The notes beneath the pieces were generated by a model. That model worked only from the letters and a program-made list of their open reading frames with translations. It was not told the DNA's origin and ran no database searches. Below are positions 35,401-43,400 of a DNA stretch of 64,000 nucleotides, piece after piece. The position numbers were made by a program, and so were the translations under genes. Every line of letters begins with the position of its first letter. Position 1 is the stretch's first letter. Origin of the DNA: Phormidium sp. (GTDB lineage: Bacteria; Cyanobacteriota; Cyanobacteriia; Cyanobacteriales; Aerosakkonemataceae); contig CP143273.1 in NCBI GenBank assembly GCA_051013385.1, positions 1,088,001-1,152,000 of the forward strand, in the 5' to 3' direction.

Positions 35401-38400
35401 GATTAACCAAAGCTTCATGAGTTAGCATTACTCCTTTAGGTTTTCCCGTAGAACCCGAAGTATACAACAAACAAGCTAAATTTTCTGGTTGTACGGGCGG
35501 GTTTTGCTCAAATCTTATCTCTGAGTAACCAAGATTGTCTACTAAACCCGCCCCTACTTCTGCATCTAAAACAATGAGATTTACCCCTTGAATTGGTAAA
35601 GAGTTGAGCAATGTTTGCTGGGTAATCAATACCGATAATTGTGAATCTTCAGCAATGTAAGCTAAACGTTGAATGGGATAATCTGGATCGAGGGGAATGT
35701 ATGCACCGCCAGCTTTTAGAACAGCTAATAATGCGACAATCATCGAGAGCGATCGCTCTAAATAAATCCCGACTAAACTTTCTGGTTTTACGCCAATAGA
35801 TTGCAAGTAATCTGCTAATTGATTTGCTTTAGTGTTTAACTCTTGATAAGTTAATTGTTGGTTGTTAAATGCTACTGCGATCGCGTCAGGATTCAGTTTA
35901 ACTTGGGCTTCAAATAACTGATGGAGACATAAGTTTTGCGGATAATCTGCATCAGTATCATTCCATTCTACAAGTAACTGTCGGCGCTGAACTTCTGTTA
36001 ATAAAGGTAATTGAGAAATTCGTTCTTGAGGATTAGCAACAATTGCTTCTAACAAGGTAACAAAATTACCTGCCATGCGCTCGATCGTAGTGCCATCGAA
36101 CAAATCAGTATTATATTCCCAAACTCCCACTAATCCCGTTGACCTATTCTCCATTGCTAAAGTTAAATCAAACTTAGCTATGGAATTTTCAATTGATAAT
36201 GAATTGACACTTAACCCATTCAATTCTACTTGAGATTTTTGCTCATTTTGTAGCAGAAAATCTACTTGGAATAAAGGCGAATGACTCAGATCTCGTTCTG
36301 GTTGTAATGCTTCTACTAACATTTCAAACGGCAAATCTTGATGGGCGTAAGCATCCATCGTCATTTCCCTTATCCGCATCAACAATTCGCTAAAACTAGG
36401 ATTATCTGATAAGTCAGTTCGCAATACTAAAGTATTGACAAAAAAGCCAATTAACCCTTCTATTTCACTGCGATTACGATTAGCGATCGGTGTTCCCACC
36501 AAAATATCTTCCTGTCCAGTGTAGCGGTAAAGCAGAGTATTATAAGCCGCTAACAAAGTCATAAATAATGTTACCCCTTGTTCCCGACTTAGTTGCATCA
36601 ATTTTTGGCTAAGTTCCTGGGAAAGAGTAAATTCTAGATGTGCGCCAGCGAAAGTTTGTACAGCAGGTCTAGGTCTATCTGTAGGCAAAGATAATAAAGC
36701 AGGTGCATCAGCTAATTGTTGTTCCCAATAATTCAATTGCTCTTGCAAAACTTCACCTTGCAACCATTCTCTCTGCCACAATGCAAAGTCAGGATACTGA
36801 ATTGATAAAGAATTTAAAGGAGAAGATTCACCTTGAGAATAAGCATTATAAAGTGTAGTTAATTCTTCAATAAATATACCAATTGACCAGCCATCAGAGA
36901 CAACATGGTGCATACAAACTAACAACAAGTTTTCTGTTTCAGACAACAGAACTAATGTGGCTCTGATTAATACTTCTCTTGTCAAATCGAATGGTCGAAT
37001 AGCTTGTTGTTCAACTAATTTCTGAGAAGTAATTTGTTTTTCTGTTGTTGGTAAATTTTGCAGATTAACAACTGAAATTTGCCAATTTACTTCTGAGTGA
37101 ACGATTTGGGTTGCTTGTCCATCAACCGTAATAAAATTAGTGCGTAATGCTTTGTGACGGGCAATTATTTCTTGAAAACTTTGTTCTAAAGCGACTTGAT
37201 TTAAAGTTCCTGCTAAACGCAAAGCTAAAGGAATATTATATAAAGCACTGTTGGGTTCAAACTGGTCTAAAAACCAAAGACGCTGTTGAGCAAAAGAAAG
37301 TGGTAATACTGTATTTTCTGGTCTTGGTAAGATGGGTGGGGCAGGGAATTTTAAACTTTGTTGTTTTAAGTGACTAATTGATTGAGCTAATTCTCCAATT
37401 GTGGGATTAGCAAACAATTCCCGCAATGGTAATTCTACTTGTAAACTTTGACGAATCCGGGAAACTAATTGAGTTGCTAATAGGGAATGTCCTCCTAATT
37501 CAAAGAAATTATTATTAATTCCTATTTGTTCTACTTTGAGAGTTTGTGACCAAATTTGGGTTAGTATTTCTTCGATCGCAGTCCGAGGCGCAATATATTT
37601 ATCTTTTTCTCCGCTGTGAAAATCTGGTGCTGGTAAAGCGCGGCGATCGACTTTTCCATTAGGAGTTAAAGGTAGAGACTCCAAGATTACAAAAGCCGCT
37701 GGCACCATGTATTCTGGTAGCTTTGCTTTTAAGTATTGCCGCAGACCACTAATAGTTAAAGTTCTCTCTGACTGTGGCACAATATAAGCCACTAAACGCT
37801 TATCACCTGGAATATCTTCACGAACAATAACAACAGATGATTGAACATCATTATATTGGCTAAGAACCGTTTCAATTTCGGCCAATTCGATGCGGAAGCC
37901 ACGAATTTTAACTTGGTGATCGATCCTTCCTAAATATTCAATATTGCCATCAGGTAAATAGCGGACTAAATCTCCGGTTTTATACAAACGGGATTTTGGT
38001 TGACTGCTGAAGGGATGGGGGATGAATTTTTCTGCGGTTAATTCTCTTGCGTTCAGGTAGCCTCTGGCTAATCCGACTCCTCCAATGTGCAATTCTCCTG
38101 GTACACCTATAGGAACTGGTTGCAGGTAGGAGTCAAGTATATAGATTTCGGTGTTGGCTATGGGTCGTCCGATCGGCGGTGAGTCACTGATACCTTTTTT
38201 GAGTAAGGCAAATGTTGAATAGGTGGTGTCTTCTGATGGGCCATAGAGATTGAAGATATACTCAACTTGACTCCGCTGATAAATTTGCTGCACTAGTTGA
38301 TTTTGTAGTGCTTCACCCGCTAAATTTACTGTATTTACCTGTTCCGGTAAATTATTGTGGCGAATCAACTCTGCGATCGCAGAAGGGACTGTATTAATTA

Positions 38401-40486
38401 GAGTCACTTGCTCAGCAGTAGTAATGGTAGATAAGTGTAAAGCATTCTCCGCTAATATTACTTTTCCTCCCAGGCTCAGAGGGACAAACAATTCAAAAAT
38501 TGATAGGTCAAAACAGATAGAGGTAGAAGCTAAGACACCAGCTAGCTGTTCTGTGGTAAACACTTGTGCAGCCCAACTCACTAAAGCCACTGGGCTATGA
38601 TGCTCTATAGCTACTGCTTTTGGTCTACCTGTGGAGCCAGAGGTATAAAGTACATAAGCGAGGTTTGATGGTTTTGCCTGAGAAACATAGGGAATTTCTT
38701 TGCTTTGAACAAACTCTGGTATGCCAGTATCTAAATAGACAAAGTGGGTTTTCTGTTGTTCTGGTAGTTTGTCAACTAAGTGTGCTTGTGTTAGCAGTAC
38801 TAGTACAGATGCGTCTTCTAACATGAACTGAATCCGCTCAGTAGGATATTTAGGATCAAGGGGTACATAAGCGCCACCTGCTTTGAGAATCCCCAATAAT
38901 CCCACTACCATTTCTATGGAACGTTCTACACAAATGCCAACTAATACATCAGCACCAACATCCAAAGATTGCAAGTAGTTTGCCAACTGATTAGCACGAC
39001 TATTCAATTCATAATAAGTAAGTTGTTCATTTTCAAATACTACTGCTATTGCATTAGGTGTTCGCTTTACTTGTGACTCAAACAGTTGATGGATACATTT
39101 ATCAGATGGGTAATCGGCTTGTGTTTGATTCCACTCAATTAATAACTGTTGCCGTTCAACTTCTGTTAACAACGGTAATTGGGAAATTCGCTCTTGAGGA
39201 TTGGCGACAATTCCTTCTAGTAATGTGACAAAATGACCTGTCATTCGCTCAATAGTGCTACCATCAAACAAGTCAGTATTATATTCCCACACTCCCACTA
39301 AACCAGAGCTTTTACTCTCCATTCCTAAAGTTAAATCAAACTTGGCAATAGTACTTTCTAACTTTAGTGGACTGACTTTTAACCCTGCTAACTCCATTGA
39401 AGAGGCGGGATTATTCTGGAGAACAAACATCACTTGGAACAGTGGTGTATGGCTAAGATTTCGTTGCGGCTGTAATGCTTCCACCAGCATTTCAAAAGGC
39501 AAATCCTGACGATCATAAGTTCCTAATGTTGTTTCTCTAACTCGAAGCAGTAATTCTCTAAAACTAGGATTACCGGAAAGATCCGCTCGCAACACTAAAG
39601 TATTAACAAAAAATCCTATTAATCCTTCTATTTCACTTTCGTTACGGTTAGCAATAGGTGAACCTACTAAAATATCTAATTCCCCAGTGTAGCGGTAAAG
39701 TAAAATATCAAAAGCTGCCAACAATGTCATAAACAAGGTAACTCCTTGCTCTTGACTTAGTTGGGTGAGTTTTTCAGTGAGTTCTAGGGAAAGGGCAAAT
39801 TCTTGATGTCTACCATTAAAGGTTTGTACCGCTGGTCGGGTTCGGTCTGTAGGCAGTGATAATAAAGTAGGAGCATCTGCTAGTTGTTGTTGCCAATAAC
39901 TCAATTGATTTTCTCGAACCTCTCCTTGTAACCACTCTCTTTGCCAGATAGCATAATCAGCGTATTGAACTGGTAATGGAGTTAAAGGAGAAGGTTGATT
40001 TTGATTGTATGCGTTGTATAAAGCTGATAGTTCTTGAACAAATACACCCATTGACCAACCATCAGAAACAATGTGGTGCATACAAATTAACAATAGTTGT
40101 TCTGTCTCAGACAGTAAAACAATTGAGCTTCTAATTAATGATTCATTTACTAGGTCAAAAGGTTGAATTGCTTGTTGTTGAATCAGTTTTTCAGCCTTTA
40201 TTTCTTGTTCATTTGGGGACAAATCTTTTAAGTTAACAACTGATAATTTCCAGTTGGTCTCTGAGTGAATGATTTGGGTTGGTTCCCCATCAACAGTAAT
40301 AAAATTGGTGCGTAATGCTTCGTGACGAGCAATTATTTCTTGTAAGCTTTGTTCTAAAGCAACAATATTGAGCGTTCCTACCAAACGCAAAGCTAAGGGG
40401 ATATTGTATAAGGCGCTGTTTGGTTCAAATTGGTCTAAAAACCATAAACGCTGTTGAGAATAAGATAGGGGTAATTTTTCAGTCAT
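26408..40486 (-). CDS. apdB: Four-module NRPS: C-A(Ala)-T, C-A(Ahp precursor)-T, C-A(Phe)-T, C-A(Tyr)-NMT-T
   Basis: Four HHxxxD C domains and four GGHSLLA T domains. Codes read as DLFNNALTYK, DVENAGVVTK, DAWTIAAVCK, DASTIAGVCK. N-MT motifs VLEIGCGSG and LNSVVQYFP; C-terminal EDYEEGEL. Confidence 0.92.
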   Translation of the reverse strand: MTEKLPLSYSQQRLWFLDQFEPNSALYNIPLALRLVGTLNIVALEQSLQEIIARHEALRTNFITVDGEPTQIIHSETNWKLSVVNLKDLSPNEQEIKAEKLIQQQAIQPFDLVNESLIRSSIVLLSETEQLLLICMHHIVSDGWSMGVFVQELSALYNAYNQNQPSPLTPLPVQYADYAIWQREWLQGEVRENQLSYWQQQLADAPTLLSLPTDRTRPAVQTFNGRHQEFALSLELTEKLTQLSQEQGVTLFMTLLAAFDILLYRYTGELDILVGSPIANRNESEIEGLIGFFVNTLVLRADLSGNPSFRELLLRVRETTLGTYDRQDLPFEMLVEALQPQRNLSHTPLFQVMFVLQNNPASSMELAGLKVSPLKLESTIAKFDLTLGMESKSSGLVGVWEYNTDLFDGSTIERMTGHFVTLLEGIVANPQERISQLPLLTEVERQQLLIEWNQTQADYPSDKCIHQLFESQVKRTPNAIAVVFENEQLTYYELNSRANQLANYLQSLDVGADVLVGICVERSIEMVVGLLGILKAGGAYVPLDPKYPTERIQFMLEDASVLVLLTQAHLVDKLPEQQKTHFVYLDTGIPEFVQSKEIPYVSQAKPSNLAYVLYTSGSTGRPKAVAIEHHSPVALVSWAAQVFTTEQLAGVLASTSICFDLSIFELFVPLSLGGKVILAENALHLSTITTAEQVTLINTVPSAIAELIRHNNLPEQVNTVNLAGEALQNQLVQQIYQRSQVEYIFNLYGPSEDTTYSTFALLKKGISDSPPIGRPIANTEIYILDSYLQPVPIGVPGELHIGGVGLARGYLNARELTAEKFIPHPFSSQPKSRLYKTGDLVRYLPDGNIEYLGRIDHQVKIRGFRIELAEIETVLSQYNDVQSSVVIVREDIPGDKRLVAYIVPQSERTLTISGLRQYLKAKLPEYMVPAAFVILESLPLTPNGKVDRRALPAPDFHSGEKDKYIAPRTAIEEILTQIWSQTLKVEQIGINNNFFELGGHSLLATQLVSRIRQSLQVELPLRELFANPTIGELAQSISHLKQQSLKFPAPPILPRPENTVLPLSFAQQRLWFLDQFEPNSALYNIPLALRLAGTLNQVALEQSFQEIIARHKALRTNFITVDGQATQIVHSEVNWQISVVNLQNLPTTEKQITSQKLVEQQAIRPFDLTREVLIRATLVLLSETENLLLVCMHHVVSDGWSIGIFIEELTTLYNAYSQGESSPLNSLSIQYPDFALWQREWLQGEVLQEQLNYWEQQLADAPALLSLPTDRPRPAVQTFAGAHLEFTLSQELSQKLMQLSREQGVTLFMTLLAAYNTLLYRYTGQEDILVGTPIANRNRSEIEGLIGFFVNTLVLRTDLSDNPSFSELLMRIREMTMDAYAHQDLPFEMLVEALQPERDLSHSPLFQVDFLLQNEQKSQVELNGLSVNSLSIENSIAKFDLTLAMENRSTGLVGVWEYNTDLFDGTTIERMAGNFVTLLEAIVANPQERISQLPLLTEVQRRQLLVEWNDTDADYPQNLCLHQLFEAQVKLNPDAIAVAFNNQQLTYQELNTKANQLADYLQSIGVKPESLVGIYLERSLSMIVALLAVLKAGGAYIPLDPDYPIQRLAYIAEDSQLSVLITQQTLLNSLPIQGVNLIVLDAEVGAGLVDNLGYSEIRFEQNPPVQPENLACLLYTSGSTGKPKGVMLTHEALVNHSSAISEVFGLTSGDRVLQFASLGFDVAAEEIFPTWLKGATVVLRPVQMFPDLTSFANFIDQEKLSVLNITPAYWHEWAVAVSKSDATVPQSLRLVAVGGDAVLPETVILWKQLVGDRVNCLNVYGPTEASVTAVVHDLLLPSEHINNCVLIGRPIANTQIYILDRHLQPVPIGVVGELHIGGVRLARGYLNRPELTAEKFLSNPFKDGTKYRIYKTGDLAQYLPDGTIECLGRIDNQVKIRGFRIELGEIEAVLNRSPLVEVSCVIVREDIPGDKRLVAYVVPHDRLHNPKISELRQFLSNHLPLYMVPSAFVFLESLPLTTNRKVDRRALPTPDIQHDQRDKYVAPRTPVEEMLTQIWAQVLKIEQVGIYDNFFELGGHSLLATQLVSRIRNTFKVELPLRSLFAAATVSELAHLIGQLQQEDLELKIPPILPRAKDAELSLSYAQNRLWFLDQLQPNSATYNIPLPLRLVGNLKVAALEQSLQEIIDRHEALRTNFITVNGQPKQVINTEKNWTLSIVDLKHLSPSEQEINCQELAKEQAIQPFNLATESLIRAKLIILSETEYFLLICMHHIVSDDWSMGVFLEELAALYNAYAQGQHSPLNPLPIQYADFAVWQKQWLQEEVLQSQLNYWQQQLADAPALLSLPTDRPRPAVQTFNGSHQKFSLSGELTQSLTGLSQEQGVTLFMTLLAAFDTLLYRYTEQSDILVGTPIANRNHSEIEGLIGFFVNALVMRTDLSENPSFAELLTRVRETALGAYSHQDLPFEMLVEALQPERDLSHTPLFQVAFVLQNAPFSQVELSELTISDLPIESPIAKFDLTLAIGNTANGLVGVWEYNTDLFDGSTIARLANHFVTLLEGIVANPQERISQLPLLTEVERQQLLIEWNDTKVDYPQDKCIHQLCEEYAERTPNAVALVFENQQLTYYELNFRANQLAHYLQSLGVGADVLVGICVERSIEMVVGLLGILKAGGAYLPLDPEYPQDRLQFMLEDAQVQVVLTQKRILKKLPEYQTNLVCLDEIWSEVLQNNQDNPNSGVTAFNLANLIYTSGSTGKPKGVMVEHRGLYNLAQAQIQTFGLDSESRVLQFASLSFDASIWEILMAMGSGATLYLGTKDSLMPGEPLIQLLRDYGITHITLPPSALAVLPAEELPTLQTIIVAGEACSPEVIKLWSVGRNFYNAYGPTEASVCATIAKCRDSDRKISIGRPIANTQIYILDSNLQPVPIGVPGELHIAGVGLAKGYLNRPELTNEKFIPNPFGNSKLYKTGDLARYLPDGNIEYLGRIDNQVKVRGFRIELGEIEALLNQHINVQASCVIIREDKAGDKRLVAYVIPESEQIITINELRQFLSANLPLYMIPQAFVILESLPLTPNGKIDRRALPAPDFHSEQRDKYVAPRTQIEEKLVQIWVQILKVEQVGIYDNFFEIGGHSLLATQIISRVQEAFNISVPLRYLFELPTIAQLSQAISKQLQTDSNLAIPPIFPISRDGDIPLSWAQERLWFVNQLEGESAAYTIDFTIRLVGNLNVKALEQAFREIVQRHEPLRTRFVIKDSKPIQAIAPTTTLTLPVVDLQNVPEPWKQVETQATEEACKPFDLANGPVLRVKLWQVAQDDYVLVFAIHHIAADGWSMGVLIGEISAYYRAIVTGNPVELSPLPIQYADFAVWQRKWLTDRLLEAQLNYWKQQLTGAPPLLELPTDRPRPAIQSFRGGTEKLQLDIKLTQELKKLSQKSGTTLFMTLLAGFVVLASRYSGQTDIVIGSPIANRNRTEIEGLIGFFVNTLALRFDLSEKPSFETFLAQVKQTTQDAYENQDLPFEMLVEELQVERHLDRNPLTQVVFALQNAPSSDWDLPGLKVEGMPSGLDSVRMDLEVYLWDAPEGLSGFCSYNKDLFDGTTIARMMQHFQTLLTAIVENPQQPVALLPILTPQERYQLLEEWNDTQVEYPQDKCIHQLFEEQVKRTPNAIAVVFENEQLTYAELNNRANQFAHYLRDLGVGADVLVGLCVERSPLMPIGLLAILKAGGAYVPLDPEYPQERLSFILEDTQVSLLLTQQRVIDKLPQHQAKIVFLDNWEIPQQTQENLTGIVQASNLANVIYTSGSTGKPKGVMVEHKGLYNLAIAQIQAFGVNSESRVLQFASFSFDACISEILMSLGSGATLYLGSKDSIMPGMPLIERLRNDRITHITLPPSALTVLPTEELPTLSTIIVAGEACSLELIKQWSKGRNFYNGYGPTEASVCTTIAKCVPEDEKVSIGRPIANTQVYILDSHLQPVPIGVPGELHISGVGLARGYLNRMQLTTEKFIPNPFENPVGAGLADNSVITAIELKQNPPLQAEKITTKSASATPNSKLYKTGDKARYLPDGKIEYLGRIDNQVKIRGFRIELGEIEAVLSQHPLVQGSAVIAREDIAGDKRLVAYLVPDLDRQTVPEQITQWQSEYVSDWQTLYEQSYSQQAKMAIDDPTFNISGWNSSYTKQPIPSQEMRVWVESTVNRILSVSPQRVLEIGCGSGLLLYRVAKNVQEYWGTDYSLSAVEYVERVCQTVGLENVQLRQQTADNFADIPQGKFDTVVLNSVVQYFPSVDYLLQVLEGAIDTIGDRGTIFIGDVRSLPLLEPYHAAVQLSQAPDDRSIEQWQQQVNQSITAEEELVIDPKFFMALKQRFPQITWVEIQPKRGYAQNELVQFRYDVILHLGAEVQETVIPWLNWQLDRLSLTQIEHQLRQEQPEFLGIRRVPNQRVQQALQIWQWVEKAPNVETVSELRQILAQHSTSGINPEEFWELGEQLGYSVHLSWWESSQDGCFDVVFCRHSSTSSERLKMTEVATTNVIKSWGDYTNNPLQGKLVQKLVPQVREFVQQKLPNYMVPQAFVLLNALPLTPNGKIDRRALPAPDTANRNLTSSFVSARNAIEAQLAQVWSEVLGITSISVKDNFFEIGGHSLLATQVIYRLRDIFSVELSLQNFLEYPTIASLSQIIEVLSQIQNGQPSNTENQEDYEEGEL
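28402..28468. repeat. GTAG-type REP-like inverted pair inside NRPS module 6
   Basis: GTAAGGGCGGGTTTT...AAACCCGCCCCTAC, encoding VGAGLADNSVITAIELKQNPPLQ, absent from paralogous modules. Confidence 0.75.
35491..35557. repeat. Second REP-like inverted pair inside NRPS module 4
   Basis: GTACGGGCGGGTTTT...AAACCCGCCCCTAC, encoding VGAGLVDNLGYSEIRFEQNPPVQ. Confidence 0.75.
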
Positions 40487-43400
40487 TATCTCTTGTTCCT
40501 TGGTACAATCCGTCGAGTATTTACGTTTGAGGTTTCTGGTTTTTGGTGTTGTAATTTCTCAATTGCTTCTGCTAATTCAGCTAGTGTCGCTGTATTGAAT
40601 AACTCGCGGAGACGAAATTCAATTTTAAAGCGATCGCGAATGCGAGAAACTAATTGAGTTGCTAATAAAGAATGTCCCCCCAATGCGAAAAAGTTATCAT
40701 TAATTCCAACTCTTTCTACTTTGAGAACTTGCGCCCAAATTTCTGCTAATCTTTCTTCGGTAGGGCTACGCGGAGCAACATATTTATCTAATAGTTGGCT
40801 GTTGAGATCTGGTTTGGGTAAAGCACGGCGATCGATTTTTCCATTAGCAGTTAGTGGTAAAGACTCCAGCACTACTATTGCATTGGGTATCATATAAGCT
40901 GGTAGTCGATCGGTGAGGAACTGACGTAACTCAATTACTTGCAAAGATGATTCTCCTTTCGCCACTACATAAGCTACCAAACGTTTGTCCCCAGGCTCAT
41001 CTTCTCTGACTACTACCACATTTTCCCTAATTGCTGGATGTTGTGCTAATGCTGCCTCAATTTCTCCCAATTCAATGCGGAAGCCACGAATTTTTACTTG
41101 ATTATCAATCCGCCCTAAATACTCTAACTCACCATTGGGCAAATAGCGTGCTAAATCTCCAGTTTTATATAATTTTACATCATCAAAGGGACTAGAAATA
41201 AACCTTTCTGCTGTTAGTTCATGCCGATTTAGATAACCGCGTGTTACCCCAGCACCACCGACATACATTTCACCTTTGACTCCGATTGGTACTGGTTGCA
41301 AATGTTCGTCGAGGACATATACTTTTAAGTCAGGAATCGGACGACCAATTACACTTGCACTACCATTTAAATCAGCTAAACTCAATTGTCGATAAGTGAC
41401 ATGAACCGTAGTTTCCGTAATTCCATACATATTCACTAATTGTGGCATAGTGTCGCCATGTCGCTCAAACCAAGGCTGTAAACTTTTCAGTTCTAAAGCT
41501 TCTCCACCGAATATCACTAAACGCAACTTTAATTCATCTGTAGTCGCTATGGATTCTTCTGCGGAAATCAACTGACGGAATGCTGAAGGTGTTTGATTGA
41601 GAACAGTTACTTTCTCATTTATTAACAATTGATAAAAAGATTCTGGGGAACGAGTGACTAAATAAGGCACAATTACCAATCGCCCACCATAAAGCAAAGC
41701 ACCCCAGATTTCCCATACTGAAAAGTCGAAGGCGTAAGAGTGGAATAATGTCCACACATCTTGAGTATTAAAGTTATACCAATCATTTGTCGCTGCAAAC
41801 AAACGCACTACATTACAGTGATTGACTAAAACACCTTTTGGTTTACCTGTGGAGCCGGATGTGTAAATAACGTAGGCTAAATTATTATAGGTGGCAGGAT
41901 TTTGCGGGTTAGATTTGCTATTTTGAGAGATGGTGTTCCAGTCAGTATCTAAACAGACAACTTGCGCCTGATGTTTGGGAAGAGATTCTACTAATTTCGC
42001 TTGAGTCAACAGCACAGAAACTTGGCTATCTTCTAACATAAAGCTCAAGCGTTCTGTGGGGTATTCACTATCAAGAGGAACATAAGCGCCACCTGCTTTG
42101 AGAATACCTAATATTCCCACGAGCATTTCTAGGGAACGTTCTACACAAATCCCTACCAATACATCAGCACCAATCCCCAAAGTGTGTAAATAATGTGCTA
42201 ACTGATTTGCCCGATTATTTAATTCCCGATAGGTTAATTGTTGCTTCTCAAATACTACTGCTACTGCATCGGGTGTTTGCTCTACCTGTTCTTCAAATAA
42301 TTGATGAAGACATTTATCTGATGGATAAGCTGTTTGTGTATTATTCCATTCAATTAATAACTGTTTTTGCTCAATTTCTGTGAGTAGGGGTAATTGAGAA
42401 ATTTGTTGTTCTGGGTGAGCGACAATACTTTCGAGTAAGGTCATAAAATGACCTGTCATGCGTTCGATGGTAGTGCGTTCGCGTAGCGTTGCGTTAGCAG
42501 TATCGAATAAATCTGTATTGTATTCCCAGACTCCTAGCAATCCTGTCGTCCGGTTCTCCATTGATAAAGTCAAATCAAATTTTGCCGTTGCATTTTCCGT
42601 TGGTAAATAACTCATCGTTAGCCCAGTCAGTTCGATGTCTGGCATCGGCGCATTCTGGAGAACAAACATCACTTGGAACAGAGGAGTATGGCTGAGATTT
42701 CGCTCTGGCTGCAATGTTTCTACTAACAGTTCAAACGGCAAATCCTGATAAGTGTAGGAATCCATTGCTACATCCCGAATCCGAGTTAGTAATTCCTTAA
42801 AGCTGGGATTCCCTGAGAGATCGGCACGTAAGACCAAAGTATTAATAAAACAACCAATTAATTTTTCAATTTCACTACGATTACGGTTAGCAATGGGACT
42901 TCCTACCAAAATGTCTGATTGTCCGGTGTAGCGATACAGTAAGGTATCAAAGGCTGCTAGCAGGGTCATGAACAAAGTTACGCCTTGCTCCTGACTCAGT
43001 TTGGTCAGTCGTTGGGTTAACTCAACTGAGAGTGTAAACTCTTGATGTACTCCGGTAAAAGTTTGTATTGCTGGTCTGGGGCGGTCTGTCGGTAGTAACA
43101 ATAAAGGAGGTGCATCTGCAAGTTGTTGTTGCCAGTAATTCAATTGAGTTTGCAGAACCTCTCCTTGTAACCATTGTTTCTGCCAGATGGCAAAATCAGC
43201 ATACTGAATTGGTAAGGGTTCTAAAGGTATTTTGGTAGTGAGGGCATCTGAGGGCCGATCCTGAGTGTATGAGTTATAGAGTGTTGCCAGTTCTTGAATC
43301 AAAACTCCTCTTGACCAACCATCACTGACAATATGGTGCATACACACTAACAAAATTTGCTCTGTTTCGGATAGCACTACTAAAGTAGTTCTTAAGAGGT

